Position numbers and translations under genes: made by a program. Below, one piece after another: positions 10,079 through 18,571 of a stretch of 26,296 nt of DNA (the stretch's first letter is position 1; each line of letters opens with the position of its first letter). The notes below the pieces were generated by a model. It was not told where the DNA came from, did no database searches, and worked only from the letters and a program-made list of their open reading frames with translations. The stretch is from the IMG/VR virus record IMGVR_UViG_3300026224_000020, positions 1-26,296 of that record, one strand, 5' to 3'. This DNA comes from a virus. Its lineage: Duplodnaviria > Heunggongvirae > Uroviricota > Caudoviricetes.

Positions 10079-10098
10079 TTGTACGGTTAATCACACAA
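10079..10098 (-). promoter_or_regulatory. candidate Ogr-binding element (TTGT-N12-ACAA) of the FI-operon late promoter
   Basis: ttgtACGGTTAATCACacaa about 80 bp upstream of the FI start codon; matches the TGT-N12-ACA late-promoter element recalled for P2/P4/186. Confidence 0.4.
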
Positions 10099-10195
10099 CG
10101 TCGCAGGAAATTTTCGGAACGGCGTTGATAACTAAAAACGTTGTTCTGGGATAGGGGGCACTTTACAGGACGGGAATTAATACTCGTTTTAAAAG

Positions 10196-10230
10196 GCTTC
10201 GTCGGTTGACGAGAGCCTTTTTTGCTTTTA
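10196..10230 (-). terminator. putative terminator after the acyltransferase cargo gene
   Basis: Imperfect hairpin GGCTTCGTC-ggttgac-GAGAGCC flanked by T-runs on both strands, directly after the stop at 10232. Confidence 0.4.
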
Positions 10231-10231
10231 C

Positions 10232-11242
10232 TTAAATATTTTGATTCTGATAAGCCTGCGTTATTCTTTTCATAAGCTTATGTCTGAACGATTCCAAGGG
10301 AGATTCAATGCAATGATAGGCAATAGCCCCACCGCCAATACATAAAGCTATAGTAACTAAGTATGCAGTAACATTATCCAAAAATTTAGGATAAACAATA
10401 AAAATTATCATTATATGAAACAAATAAATTGAAAAACTATATTTCCCCAAATCCGCCATGATTTTTGAAGATAAAACCGCGCTTACATACCCACTGGAAT
10501 TTACTTGCAGATATACAAAGAGAGCAATAAATGGCCCCAATACCACAAATTTATTACCCAGCCAACCATTAGCCCCCTGAAAAGGAGGGGTCAACATTAT
10601 AAATATTAATATAATCGCAATTGACACCCCATCACTAACGAGAGATGATATTTTAATTTGAAAATAGTTATACATAAACGCAATTATAATTCCATACATA
10701 AAAACAGGAATGTAATACGGTAGCCTACCGTTGATTTCGTCATCCGTATAAGGGTATATAAAAGCGAACGCTAAGGTTAACAATATCAAAAACAACAAAG
10801 AATATTTTCTACCTGCAACTTTCTGGATACTAGATGCGAGATAAACCACAATCGGCAACAAAAAGTAAAACTTGAATTCTATCGGAATAGTCCAGAGATG
10901 GATGTAAGTACTATCAAATGAAATTATCGATTTCATTTTCTCTAAATCATAAAATCCCATAAGGTAATAAATTAATACTGCAATATAAAAAATCGGTAAT
11001 ATCCTTATTGTTCGCCCTAAAAGATAACTCAACACATTCAAAAACGAAAAACCAGAATTAATAAATTTATGTGTCAACAAAAAGGCGCTAAGAACAAAAA
11101 ACAACCAAACACCGGGCTGCCCCGTACCTCCGAGATGATCATGAAGTGAGGGAAAGAATAGTCCCGTAGAATGCATCACCACAACAATCATCAAAGCGAA
11201 ACCTCTCACGCCATCGGCAGAACGTATTTTATTCTCTTTCAT
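10232..11242 (-). CDS. acyltransferase family 3 membrane protein (putative O-antigen/surface polysaccharide O-acetyltransferase), prophage cargo
   Basis: Polytopic hydrophobic protein whose N-terminus (MKENKIRSADGVRGFALMIVVVMHS) fits the acyltransferase-3 R-x10-H signature; start placed at the internal Met (track ORF runs to 11320); visibly AT-rich, in the Z/fun moron slot. Confidence 0.8.
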   Translation of the reverse strand: MKENKIRSADGVRGFALMIVVVMHSTGLFFPSLHDHLGGTGQPGVWLFFVLSAFLLTHKFINSGFSFLNVLSYLLGRTIRILPIFYIAVLIYYLMGFYDLEKMKSIISFDSTYIHLWTIPIEFKFYFLLPIVVYLASSIQKVAGRKYSLLFLILLTLAFAFIYPYTDDEINGRLPYYIPVFMYGIIIAFMYNYFQIKISSLVSDGVSIAIILIFIMLTPPFQGANGWLGNKFVVLGPFIALFVYLQVNSSGYVSAVLSSKIMADLGKYSFSIYLFHIMIIFIVYPKFLDNVTAYLVTIALCIGGGAIAYHCIESPLESFRHKLMKRITQAYQNQNI

Positions 11243-11369
11243 ATTGATTTTTTTATTAAAAAACGGGAATCTAATATTATCACAGAAACAGACAACAAAC
11301 AGCCTCCCCCTCGTATTCATACCATATAGGCAGTGTGGGGGAGGATGATACTAACCATTTAATTCTCAG

Positions 11370-11966
11370 TCACTCGGGCTTCCTCGGCCACGTTATATCT
11401 GGCGCAGTTGACGTGTCTACCAACTGCACCGCTTTGATGTAATTCATCCAGGTGATTAGTCTGACTTTATCTTCATCACTGATAATTCCTAATTGTAGTT
11501 CTGTCTGCCATAGATTGATTGTTAGCTGAGCCTTTGCCAGAAGCTCCGCTTTCTTCTGATCAGCAGTTTCCACGTCAACCTCGTGCTGCATCTCGGTATC
11601 TGTCACCCATGCACTACCGTTCCACTTATCGTATGGTGTAGCAGGAGGTAGTTTCGTAGTTTTTTCTGGGTAATCGCCGAGCACTGTTACAGCTATTTTT
11701 TTGCCAGTTTCGGTGCTGTAAACAGTCTCACCTCGATGATCAGCAATATATTCCCACGCGGTAAGATCCTTAGTCCGGCAAATGGTTAACCCTTTTTTAC
11801 TTTTACCCGGCATATCAATGCATGAATTAGCAGGAATCCCAACCCCTACAGCAAGAAATTCAACACTAGAAGAAAGATATTCACGAGTTTCAATATCAAA
11901 GTTAAACACCGTTATATTGCCAGATTCCACAGCTATAAACTCATTATTTAGTTTCGCTTCTGTCAT
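11370..11966 (-). CDS. G: tail fiber assembly protein
   Basis: 198-aa ORF immediately downstream of H with TAATG stop/start overlap; position matches P2 gpG. Confidence 0.85.
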   Translation of the reverse strand: MTEAKLNNEFIAVESGNITVFNFDIETREYLSSSVEFLAVGVGIPANSCIDMPGKSKKGLTICRTKDLTAWEYIADHRGETVYSTETGKKIAVTVLGDYPEKTTKLPPATPYDKWNGSAWVTDTEMQHEVDVETADQKKAELLAKAQLTINLWQTELQLGIISDEDKVRLITWMNYIKAVQLVDTSTAPDITWPRKPE

Positions 11967-13393
11967 TATGCTGCTCTCACAATGTAATTAAATGAAATAT
12001 TCCGTGGACGTGTTTCTGCCGCTGTTCGTGTTATCGTACTTGAATCTAAGTGAGCCTGTTTATATTGTGAGATGCTTGTTGCCTGTGTAACAATACCGTC
12101 TCCGCTTTCACGATCTATACCCGTAAAAGCTCCATCAGCATAAGTAAACATACCGTTTGTACCATAGCCAATGGAGCCGATAATCGGCTGCATAGCATCA
12201 GTCTGAGACGTTAGAACCTGACGTCCAGCGTCTACGCCACGCCCATCGTCCCAGCCGCGAATAAACTCACTGCGTAGATCTGGTAATTTTAATGACGGAT
12301 AAACCTGCGCCAGTTTCGGATATTGCGAGGAACTGAATGATGCTCCATTACACTTCAACCAACCTTCCGGCGGTATTGCAGTAGGCCACGGAACAGGAAC
12401 ACCGACTGGCAACGCACTGCCCTCCCCAAGATGAAGGTTTTTTAGAAAAGCAGAAACATCGGCAATATCAGCGCCATTAGCTGCTTTGTTCATTTTTCCC
12501 GCCAGCGCACTCATTACTGTTGTCGCAAAGTTAGGATCATTCCCCAGCGCAGCAGCCAATTCATTTAACGTATCCAGCGCCTCCGGCGATGAACCGACCA
12601 TCTCGGCAACTGCCGCTTTCACAAATGCCGTGGTGGCAATCTGCGTATTGTTCGCCGTCTGCGCTGCAGTCGGAGCCGTCGGCGTTCCGGTCAGGGCCGG
12701 ACTTGCCAGTGGAGCTTTCAACGCCAGTGCGTTATTTAGCGCAGTGACCACCGCCTGCACAAATGCCGTGCTAGCAATCTGAGTCGTGTTAGTTCCCGCC
12801 GGTGCTGTTGGCGTTTTCGGCGTGCCAGTCAATGTTGGGCTGTCTTTGGGCGCATACTGCGTATGAGGATCTGCAGCAGCAAGATGCTTTGCCATCAGGT
12901 CATCCACATACACCTTAAGCTCAAGCACCTTGTCATCCACATACTTGCGGGTTGCCAGCACCACTGAAGGGTCAATTTTCAGTGTGATATTATCGGTACT
13001 GCTGGTAATCAGCACCATCCGTACGGTCTGGGTACGCCCGCTGCCTTCAGCCAGTTGCGGTTTATAGCTTTCCGGGCAGTTGCCCACGGCAATCAATGCC
13101 CCTGACTCATCAAACAGGCCCACTTCACGTATCCACCAACCGCCCTCGTTTTCAGGGATCACCTGTTCAGCAATAATCTGGCTGCTGTTCTGCGGGTCGA
13201 TATAGAGCATATTCAGCGCAGCCCGGCGTTTCTCATTTACCAGTGCAGTCTGCTTTGCGTCCGGCGTCGGCAATGCTCCGCCGCCATCGCCCACCGCCAT
13301 ATGGGTAATTTTTAGCGGCACACCGAGCGCGGCGGCGCTGGCAAGTTTCGCCGCGCCAATATCCGTCAGCAGGGTATAAAATTTTGTGCTCAT
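11966..13393 (-). CDS. H: tail fiber protein
   Basis: 475-aa ORF with conserved P2 H-like N-terminus (MSTKFYTLLTDIGAAKLA...) and internal repeats (SPTLTGTPKTPTAP... / SPALTGTPTAPTAA...); C-terminal part diverged. Confidence 0.88.
   Translation of the reverse strand: MSTKFYTLLTDIGAAKLASAAALGVPLKITHMAVGDGGGALPTPDAKQTALVNEKRRAALNMLYIDPQNSSQIIAEQVIPENEGGWWIREVGLFDESGALIAVGNCPESYKPQLAEGSGRTQTVRMVLITSSTDNITLKIDPSVVLATRKYVDDKVLELKVYVDDLMAKHLAAADPHTQYAPKDSPTLTGTPKTPTAPAGTNTTQIASTAFVQAVVTALNNALALKAPLASPALTGTPTAPTAAQTANNTQIATTAFVKAAVAEMVGSSPEALDTLNELAAALGNDPNFATTVMSALAGKMNKAANGADIADVSAFLKNLHLGEGSALPVGVPVPWPTAIPPEGWLKCNGASFSSSQYPKLAQVYPSLKLPDLRSEFIRGWDDGRGVDAGRQVLTSQTDAMQPIIGSIGYGTNGMFTYADGAFTGIDRESGDGIVTQATSISQYKQAHLDSSTITRTAAETRPRNISFNYIVRAA
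12608..12847 (-). repeat. tandem degenerate repeat inside tail fiber gene H
   Basis: Two roughly 35-aa units (KDSPTLTGTPKTPTAPAGTNTTQIASTAFVQAVV / LASPALTGTPTAPTAAQTANNTQIATTAFVKAAV) also visible as DNA repeats. Confidence 0.7.
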
Positions 13394-13995
13394 GGATTCA
13401 CTCTCATTGTGTCAATAACATGGACCGCCCCGCCTTCATGCGCGGTGCCGCCGGAAATAATTGTTTCGTTGATATACGGATAGATCGTGATTTCTTCGCC
13501 AAGATAGCTGGCGGCCCCAACCCAATGCGGACCGCTGGTCTGCAGATTGATGGACATGCCGATCATGTGACGGCTACATGGTTTGGCATCGCTTATCAGC
13601 CGCTCAAGTTCCAGATAGGTATCTTCAGTGATGCCCTGATCCTGCACGCCAATGTCCAGGCGAAACGTGCCCGGTGTTTCTCCGGTCTGCCACCACTCAA
13701 TAATGCGGATCAGGAATCCGAACGGTTCCACCACCCGCCGCACGGCACTGGTGGTTCCTTTATGCTGATGAATATAAAAAGCATCCTTCACTACCTGGCG
13801 TTTGACGCTTTCTGTCCAGCCCTCGTCCCAGCGATCCACAGAGAACGCCCAGGCGAGATAAGGCAGGAAGCTGACCGGACAGGTAGCCGGATTCCACAAG
13901 TCACGCAGCGGCACCTGCAAATCAGAAATCCCGCTACAGGTTTGCGCCAGTCGGCGCTCCAGTGAAGTTGAACCCGGTGGCAGCAGACTATTCAT
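13390..13995 (-). CDS. I: baseplate protein I
   Basis: 201-aa ORF between J and H, overlapping the H start; position matches P2 gpI. Confidence 0.83.
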   Translation of the reverse strand: MNSLLPPGSTSLERRLAQTCSGISDLQVPLRDLWNPATCPVSFLPYLAWAFSVDRWDEGWTESVKRQVVKDAFYIHQHKGTTSAVRRVVEPFGFLIRIIEWWQTGETPGTFRLDIGVQDQGITEDTYLELERLISDAKPCSRHMIGMSINLQTSGPHWVGAASYLGEEITIYPYINETIISGGTAHEGGAVHVIDTMRVNP

Positions 13996-14896
13996 CCGTT
14001 CCTCCGTTGGTTACGCTCCACTGCGTACATGATGCCGCCTGTGTTTTGTTCAGGACCACATCCGCCAGCGGAGAAGCCAGTTCCACACGTTGAACACCCT
14101 CAACATGCAGAGCAGCAAAGATGGCGCTACGGCGAATATCCCGACCAAGCCTCGTCTGGCTGGCAATGTACTTCTGCAGACTGGCTTTTGCCGCTGCCAT
14201 TACCGGCTCTGCTTCCGGTCCCGGATAGAGAAAAATGGTGGCTTCCACGCGATACGGGATGATTTCTGCGCTGCGAACCGTAAGACGGTCAGCCACCGGG
14301 CGGACGTTCTCACTGTTCAGAGCTTTTTCCACCACGTCCAGCAGGTCTTTTTCTGCAGTTCCATCGCCTTCGCGGCTAAGGACAGTCAGTACCACCTCTG
14401 CAGGTGCCGGGCTGGTTGCACTGGCATCCGCCACCCGACCGTCGGCGCTTCGGGCATGAAATTCATAAGCTGCAGTTGGCCCCGCAACAGAAAGCCCTTC
14501 AAAGGCTGCAGGCACACGCAGGCGCAACGCTTCATCGCTTTCCATCACAGCTGCAACGGGCGGCACAGCATCATTATCAGCAGGCGTCACCGTCAGGCGT
14601 GTCACGTTGTAGTTGGCAGCGAGCTGGTCAAGATCGCCACCCATCGCGTAAGCCACCATCACCGCCTGCGCGGCTTCGTTAATGCGCTGGCGCAGAAGCA
14701 ACTCACGGTAAGCGTTCTCCTGCAACAATTTAGTGGCGGGTTCAGATTCCAGTTCCAGCGTGCGGATCACTGCTTCCTGCTCATCTTTCGGATGAAGCGC
14801 CACAAATTCTGCCTTGCGTTCGGCAAGCAGCGTCTCAAAGTCCGGCACATCCACAATCTGCGGTGCAGGCAACTGCGAAAGGTCAATCACTGCCAT
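13988..14896 (-). CDS. J: baseplate assembly protein J
   Basis: Start placed at internal Met (MAVIDLSQLPAPQIVDV...) giving 302 aa, the P2 J size from memory; the track ORF extends to 14935 and would overlap W. Confidence 0.85.
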   Translation of the reverse strand: MAVIDLSQLPAPQIVDVPDFETLLAERKAEFVALHPKDEQEAVIRTLELESEPATKLLQENAYRELLLRQRINEAAQAVMVAYAMGGDLDQLAANYNVTRLTVTPADNDAVPPVAAVMESDEALRLRVPAAFEGLSVAGPTAAYEFHARSADGRVADASATSPAPAEVVLTVLSREGDGTAEKDLLDVVEKALNSENVRPVADRLTVRSAEIIPYRVEATIFLYPGPEAEPVMAAAKASLQKYIASQTRLGRDIRRSAIFAALHVEGVQRVELASPLADVVLNKTQAASCTQWSVTNGGTDE

Positions 14897-15242
14897 TCTC
14901 TGCTCCTGTTGATACGGAAAGGGACACAGGCACACCGTTATTCCGCCGCCCGGTCAGCTCCACCACCATTGAACCGTCAAAATTGCTGTTGATGGTGATG
15001 GAATCCAGCGTCAACCGTGGCTCCCAGCGACTCAGCGCCACATACACTGCCGACATGACCTGCAGGCGTAATGCCGGATTTTGTGGCTGATCTATCAGTG
15101 CCGACAGCAGGGAACCATATTCCCGGCGGGCAATACGGCTACCCTGCGGTGTCAGCAGAATGTCCCGCACCGACTGGCGCAGATGATCAATATCAGTAAT
15201 GACTTTGCCGCTGGTATTGTTCATCCCGCTATAAAGCGTCAT
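14883..15242 (-). CDS. W: baseplate wedge protein W (gp25-like)
   Basis: 119-aa ORF between V and J; size and position match P2 gpW. Confidence 0.85.
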   Translation of the reverse strand: MTLYSGMNNTSGKVITDIDHLRQSVRDILLTPQGSRIARREYGSLLSALIDQPQNPALRLQVMSAVYVALSRWEPRLTLDSITINSNFDGSMVVELTGRRNNGVPVSLSVSTGAENGSD

Positions 15243-15817
15243 ACCGGGCCTCCGGTTGTATCGCCGCCTTTCAGGACGCCAGTATGCTGATGCGCATCAA
15301 CCACGATCCCGTTAGAACTCATCGCTCCGCCGCCCTGGGTAACGCCACCATTGATCACCACTTCGCTGTTAATGCGCGTGCGGTCAGCCTCCAGTACAAA
15401 CTCACTGGTTTTCATGGTGATGTTGTCAGCAGCCTCAATGACCATTGATTTGATGCCCCTGACATACCAGCGCCCGGTGGCGGGTTCGTATTCAAACCAG
15501 CCACCGTCAGGATGTTCTGTCACGCAGGCGTCCGCCGACGTCGACGGTGGTGCGAACTGATTCGAATAGACAGCGGGCAGCGCAAAGGCGGTTTCCAGAT
15601 TGCCGCCCAGACTCAGCAGCACCACCTGCTCACCTTCCGATGGTCGCCACCATGTACGGGCATTCCCGGCACGCAGCGTCAGCCAGCTGATCCAGTTGGT
15701 TTCAAGCTCGCCCGTTTTCACCCGGCAAAGCCAGTTTTCCCTGTCCACTTCGGTGACTACCCCTGTGCGGATCAGGTTGGTGATAAGGCGCATGATTTCG
15801 GTTAATTGTGCGTTCAT
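15239..15817 (-). CDS. V: baseplate central spike protein V
   Basis: 192-aa ORF with N-terminus resembling P2 gpV; overlaps the W start by 4 nt. Confidence 0.85.
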   Translation of the reverse strand: MNAQLTEIMRLITNLIRTGVVTEVDRENWLCRVKTGELETNWISWLTLRAGNARTWWRPSEGEQVVLLSLGGNLETAFALPAVYSNQFAPPSTSADACVTEHPDGGWFEYEPATGRWYVRGIKSMVIEAADNITMKTSEFVLEADRTRINSEVVINGGVTQGGGAMSSNGIVVDAHQHTGVLKGGDTTGGPV

Positions 15818-15862
15818 AGGGAAAGGTTGCCATCAGGGGAAGAAAGGCGGCAGTGCTGCAAC

Positions 15863-15882
15863 TTGTATCAGTGCTGATACAA
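15863..15882 (-). promoter_or_regulatory. candidate Ogr-binding palindrome (TGT-N12-ACA) of the V-operon late promoter
   Basis: Perfect inverted repeat TTGTATCAG-tg-CTGATACAA between the S stop (15886) and V start (15817); no U-tract follows on either strand, so not an intrinsic terminator. Confidence 0.5.
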
Positions 15883-15885
15883 AGA

Positions 15886-16332
15886 TCACCCCGCCAGCCA
15901 TTGCAGAATCATGTCGCGGGTCATTGCCTCAACATCATCATTTACACCCAGAAGGCGACGCTCTGCGTAACGCACCTCCGGTCCCTTACGACTGACGCGA
16001 TCTCGCAGGCCGTAATGGTGAACACGGGCAATGCGCTGCACCTTACCTTCAAACTGCACGCTGGCAGAGTCGGCGCTGGCGGCAGTTTTCAGGTATTTTG
16101 TGGTGCGCAGCTTTGCAAACATCTGACGTTTGATGCGCCCCTTCTTGCTGCGTGCTGTTACCCTGCGCGGTTCATAACTGCTGCCATCTGGATTGCGCTG
16201 CATCCTGATATTCTGCTGCTGTGTCCGGCGCAGTTCCTGCGCCAGCTGGCGCATCATGCGGCTTCTCGTGGCTGGTTCCAGATTCGCCAGCAAGGCACTC
16301 AGCCAGTCGTCCACCTTCTGCAGTTCAGCCAC
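15886..16332 (-). CDS. S: tail completion protein S
   Basis: 148-aa ORF downstream of R with overlapping start; size matches P2 gpS. Confidence 0.83.
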   Translation of the reverse strand: MAELQKVDDWLSALLANLEPATRSRMMRQLAQELRRTQQQNIRMQRNPDGSSYEPRRVTARSKKGRIKRQMFAKLRTTKYLKTAASADSASVQFEGKVQRIARVHHYGLRDRVSRKGPEVRYAERRLLGVNDDVEAMTRDMILQWLAG

Positions 16333-16777
16333 GTTTCACCGTCCACATTTCTTCAGGTTCATCGGGTTCTGCTACAGCTTCAACGCTCGACACACTGCCG
16401 TCAGTGCTGACCAGCACACGTTCCGTCAGTTGCAGGTTAAGGCTGATATCACAGACATCGTTGCGCAAAATATCCACATCAAAGGTGAATAGCTTTTCCC
16501 GTAACGCCGGGTTATTGATGGCATCGGGCTGGTTATCCCGCAGCCACAGCAAAACCGGGGCCATCAGCAGATTCTGGTCGCCGCTGAAATCCTCAATCAC
16601 CACGTTCAGGGTGTAGCGGTACTCCCATGACATGGAGTTGGCCCCCGTGGCAACCAGCGAACCGTTATCCACAAACAGATGCAGTTTGTCCGGGTTATTA
16701 CGGACATAAGGCACTGCTTTATTGAGGGCGTGGCGCAGGGATTGTGGTTTGTTCACTGTTTCGCTCCTGACATGCAA
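16325..16777 (-). CDS. R: tail completion protein R
   Basis: 150-aa ORF following the lysis cassette, as in P2. Confidence 0.82.
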   Translation of the reverse strand: MHVRSETVNKPQSLRHALNKAVPYVRNNPDKLHLFVDNGSLVATGANSMSWEYRYTLNVVIEDFSGDQNLLMAPVLLWLRDNQPDAINNPALREKLFTFDVDILRNDVCDISLNLQLTERVLVSTDGSVSSVEAVAEPDEPEEMWTVKRG

Positions 16778-17009
16778 TAATCATGTCCACTTTGTCTGCA
16801 CAGACCGCCCAGGCGGCCTCCGTTTCATCCAGCAATGCGTTCAGATCACCGTTAGTGCGCGGCGTTGCCTGATCCAGCCGACACGGCGTCACTCGCGGAC
16901 AACCACTGACGGTAAGCCATACCTCCGGTGAGTGCCGGACGTTTCCGCAGCCGGATAATGTCAGCAGGCAAAGGAGTATCAGCCCAGCGGCGTAAATCCT
17001 CGTTCTCAC
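16719..17009 (-). CDS. lysC: o-spanin (Rz1-like outer-membrane lipoprotein) LysC
   Basis: 96-aa ORF with lipoprotein signal and lipobox (LLCLLTLSGC); starts inside lysB in another frame and extends into the R start. Confidence 0.75.
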   Translation of the reverse strand: MRTRIYAAGLILLCLLTLSGCGNVRHSPEVWLTVSGCPRVTPCRLDQATPRTNGDLNALLDETEAAWAVCADKVDMIIACQERNSEQTTIPAPRPQ

Positions 17010-17280
17010 GTTTCAGTTCCTCGATCCGGTGTTGTCGTTGTCTCAGCAGCGTGCTGGTCTGTTCTGCTTCGGCATAGAGCCGCGCCTGCTCCCGGTTATT
17101 GGTTTCAGTCAGAATGGACAGGCTGATAAGCTGGCTATTGCTCTTTGCCAGTGCCTGGCTTTTGCTCTGCAGCTCGTCTGCCTGCGTGCTGATGGTCTGG
17201 CTGGCATCAGCCAGCCGCCACGTCTGCCAGCCCAGCGCCGCCAGTAATAACGTCAGCACAACCAGCAGCAACCGGTTCAT
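16852..17280 (-). CDS. lysB: i-spanin (Rz-like) LysB
   Basis: 142-aa ORF with N-terminal transmembrane segment (LLLVVLTLLLAALGW) and charged coiled-coil-like remainder; overlaps the lysA stop. Confidence 0.82.
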   Translation of the reverse strand: MNRLLLVVLTLLLAALGWQTWRLADASQTISTQADELQSKSQALAKSNSQLISLSILTETNNREQARLYAEAEQTSTLLRQRQHRIEELKRENEDLRRWADTPLPADIIRLRKRPALTGGMAYRQWLSASDAVSAGSGNAAH

Positions 17281-17654
17281 GCTGCTACCTGTTGCGCCAT
17301 CTGATTACGGGTGATCCAGAAGGCAATAACGGTCAGTAGATAAAAGACCAGGGTAATAGCCCACCCCGTCCAGGCGAGACTTACAACAATCAGCAATCGC
17401 ATCACCCAACTGGTAAATACGTTTTCTTTTCGGGTAATTGTCTTCAGCAAAGATGCCCTTAACTCCTGCCAGAGCGGGCCATTCTTAATTAACGCAGCCA
17501 GTGCTACCGGAATTACCGCCCATGTCAGCAAACAGGCTACCCAAACGCCGGACGCTGCCAGTACCGGAAAAATCCCCTGCGGATACACCATTGCTGCGAT
17601 TAACAGCGCCATCCATAACATCAGAAACAGTCCGCTGATTAATTTCTTTTTCAT
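17277..17654 (-). CDS. lysA: lysis timing membrane protein LysA
   Basis: Multi-pass membrane protein; start placed at internal MKKKLISG with an upstream GGAG-like RBS, just after the K stop; the track ORF extends to 17726. Confidence 0.75.
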   Translation of the reverse strand: MKKKLISGLFLMLWMALLIAAMVYPQGIFPVLAASGVWVACLLTWAVIPVALAALIKNGPLWQELRASLLKTITRKENVFTSWVMRLLIVVSLAWTGWAITLVFYLLTVIAFWITRNQMAQQVAA

Positions 17655-17655
17655 T

Positions 17656-18168
17656 TCAGTTTGCTCCCTGTAAACACCAGGCCATCTCCCGCGCACGGCG
17701 GTTATCCAGCCCCTGATTAAAAACACCTTTCACATAAACCCAGCGCGGCAACTGTCGGCACGCATCTGCCCAGCGCCGCTGATTGAGTAAATTCACCAGC
17801 GTGGAACTGCAGGCATTGCCTGTTCCCACGTTGAAGGCAAACGACACCGCAGCGTCATACACCTTCTGCGGCGGCAGTTGCTTCACACACCTTTCCAGCG
17901 CCCGCTCGACACGCAGCACGTTGGAGATCAGCCCTTCTGCTGCCTGTCGCTCCGTAATGGTTTTGCCGGGAATGACGCCTGACGTATTACCAATGCCGTC
18001 GGTCCAGACACCCGCGCTGCACTGATACGGCTGCAGACGACAACCTTCGTAATCGGCAATCAGTTTCAGCCCCTCCACGGAGGTGTGAAGCTGCTGAAAA
18101 CCCGGCAGCGTGGCAGCAATAGCCAGCACGGCCCCGACAAGGCAGCGTTTAACGATTGATGGATTCAT
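17656..18168 (-). CDS. K: endolysin (lysozyme-like) K
   Basis: 170-aa ORF with N-terminal signal-anchor-like segment followed by a lysozyme-like region (EGxxLxxYxD...G.G), positioned after the holin. Confidence 0.85.
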   Translation of the reverse strand: MNPSIVKRCLVGAVLAIAATLPGFQQLHTSVEGLKLIADYEGCRLQPYQCSAGVWTDGIGNTSGVIPGKTITERQAAEGLISNVLRVERALERCVKQLPPQKVYDAAVSFAFNVGTGNACSSTLVNLLNQRRWADACRQLPRWVYVKGVFNQGLDNRRAREMAWCLQGAN

Positions 18169-18364
18169 AGTCCTCCCGCGAGATCTGCCCGTCGCGCAGA
18201 AGCTGGTAGGCTTTGTGTTTGTAGTACCAGTTGATAGCCAGCATCAGCACACCAATCATCAGGCCGCCCAGCGTTGAGGCATCCTTGATGGACAAATCGC
18301 CCAGCCAGGCCAGCACGACGGCGATGCAATACGTGATAAAGGCGCTGATTCGCTCAAGCGTCAT
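18149..18364 (-). CDS. Y: holin Y
   Basis: 71-aa protein with two hydrophobic segments and a charged C-terminus, immediately upstream of the endolysin gene. Confidence 0.78.
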   Translation of the reverse strand: MTLERISAFITYCIAVVLAWLGDLSIKDASTLGGLMIGVLMLAINWYYKHKAYQLLRDGQISREDYESINR

Positions 18365-18367
18365 AAT

Positions 18368-18571
18368 TCAGTCCCATAGCTGGACGGTCTGCACGGTGGT
18401 GGTGGTCGGAATGTCCGGCAGCTCCACCTGCAGCCCGTGAGGTAAAAAGGGGCCATATTCGGCAAGCCCCGGATTTGCCTTCAGTACCTGCTCCGTGACA
18501 CCCTGCGTGCGCCCGTAATGACGCCAGCAAAGCGCGTCCACCGTGTCATACTGATGCGCACGCACTTTCAT
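18368..18571 (-). CDS. X: tail protein X
   Basis: 67-aa ORF, the P2 gpX size from memory, between L and Y. Confidence 0.8.
   Translation of the reverse strand: MKVRAHQYDTVDALCWRHYGRTQGVTEQVLKANPGLAEYGPFLPHGLQVELPDIPTTTTVQTVQLWD

Noticed and set aside
14090-14992. 300-aa plus-strand ORF antisense to baseplate gene J
   Set aside because: Fully nested opposite the J/W genes; Cys/His/Arg-rich improbable composition; spurious frame.
15863-15882. Palindrome after the S stop considered as an intrinsic terminator
   Set aside because: No U-tract follows the stem on either strand, and the dyad fits the TGT-N12-ACA late-promoter element, so it is reported as a regulatory site instead.
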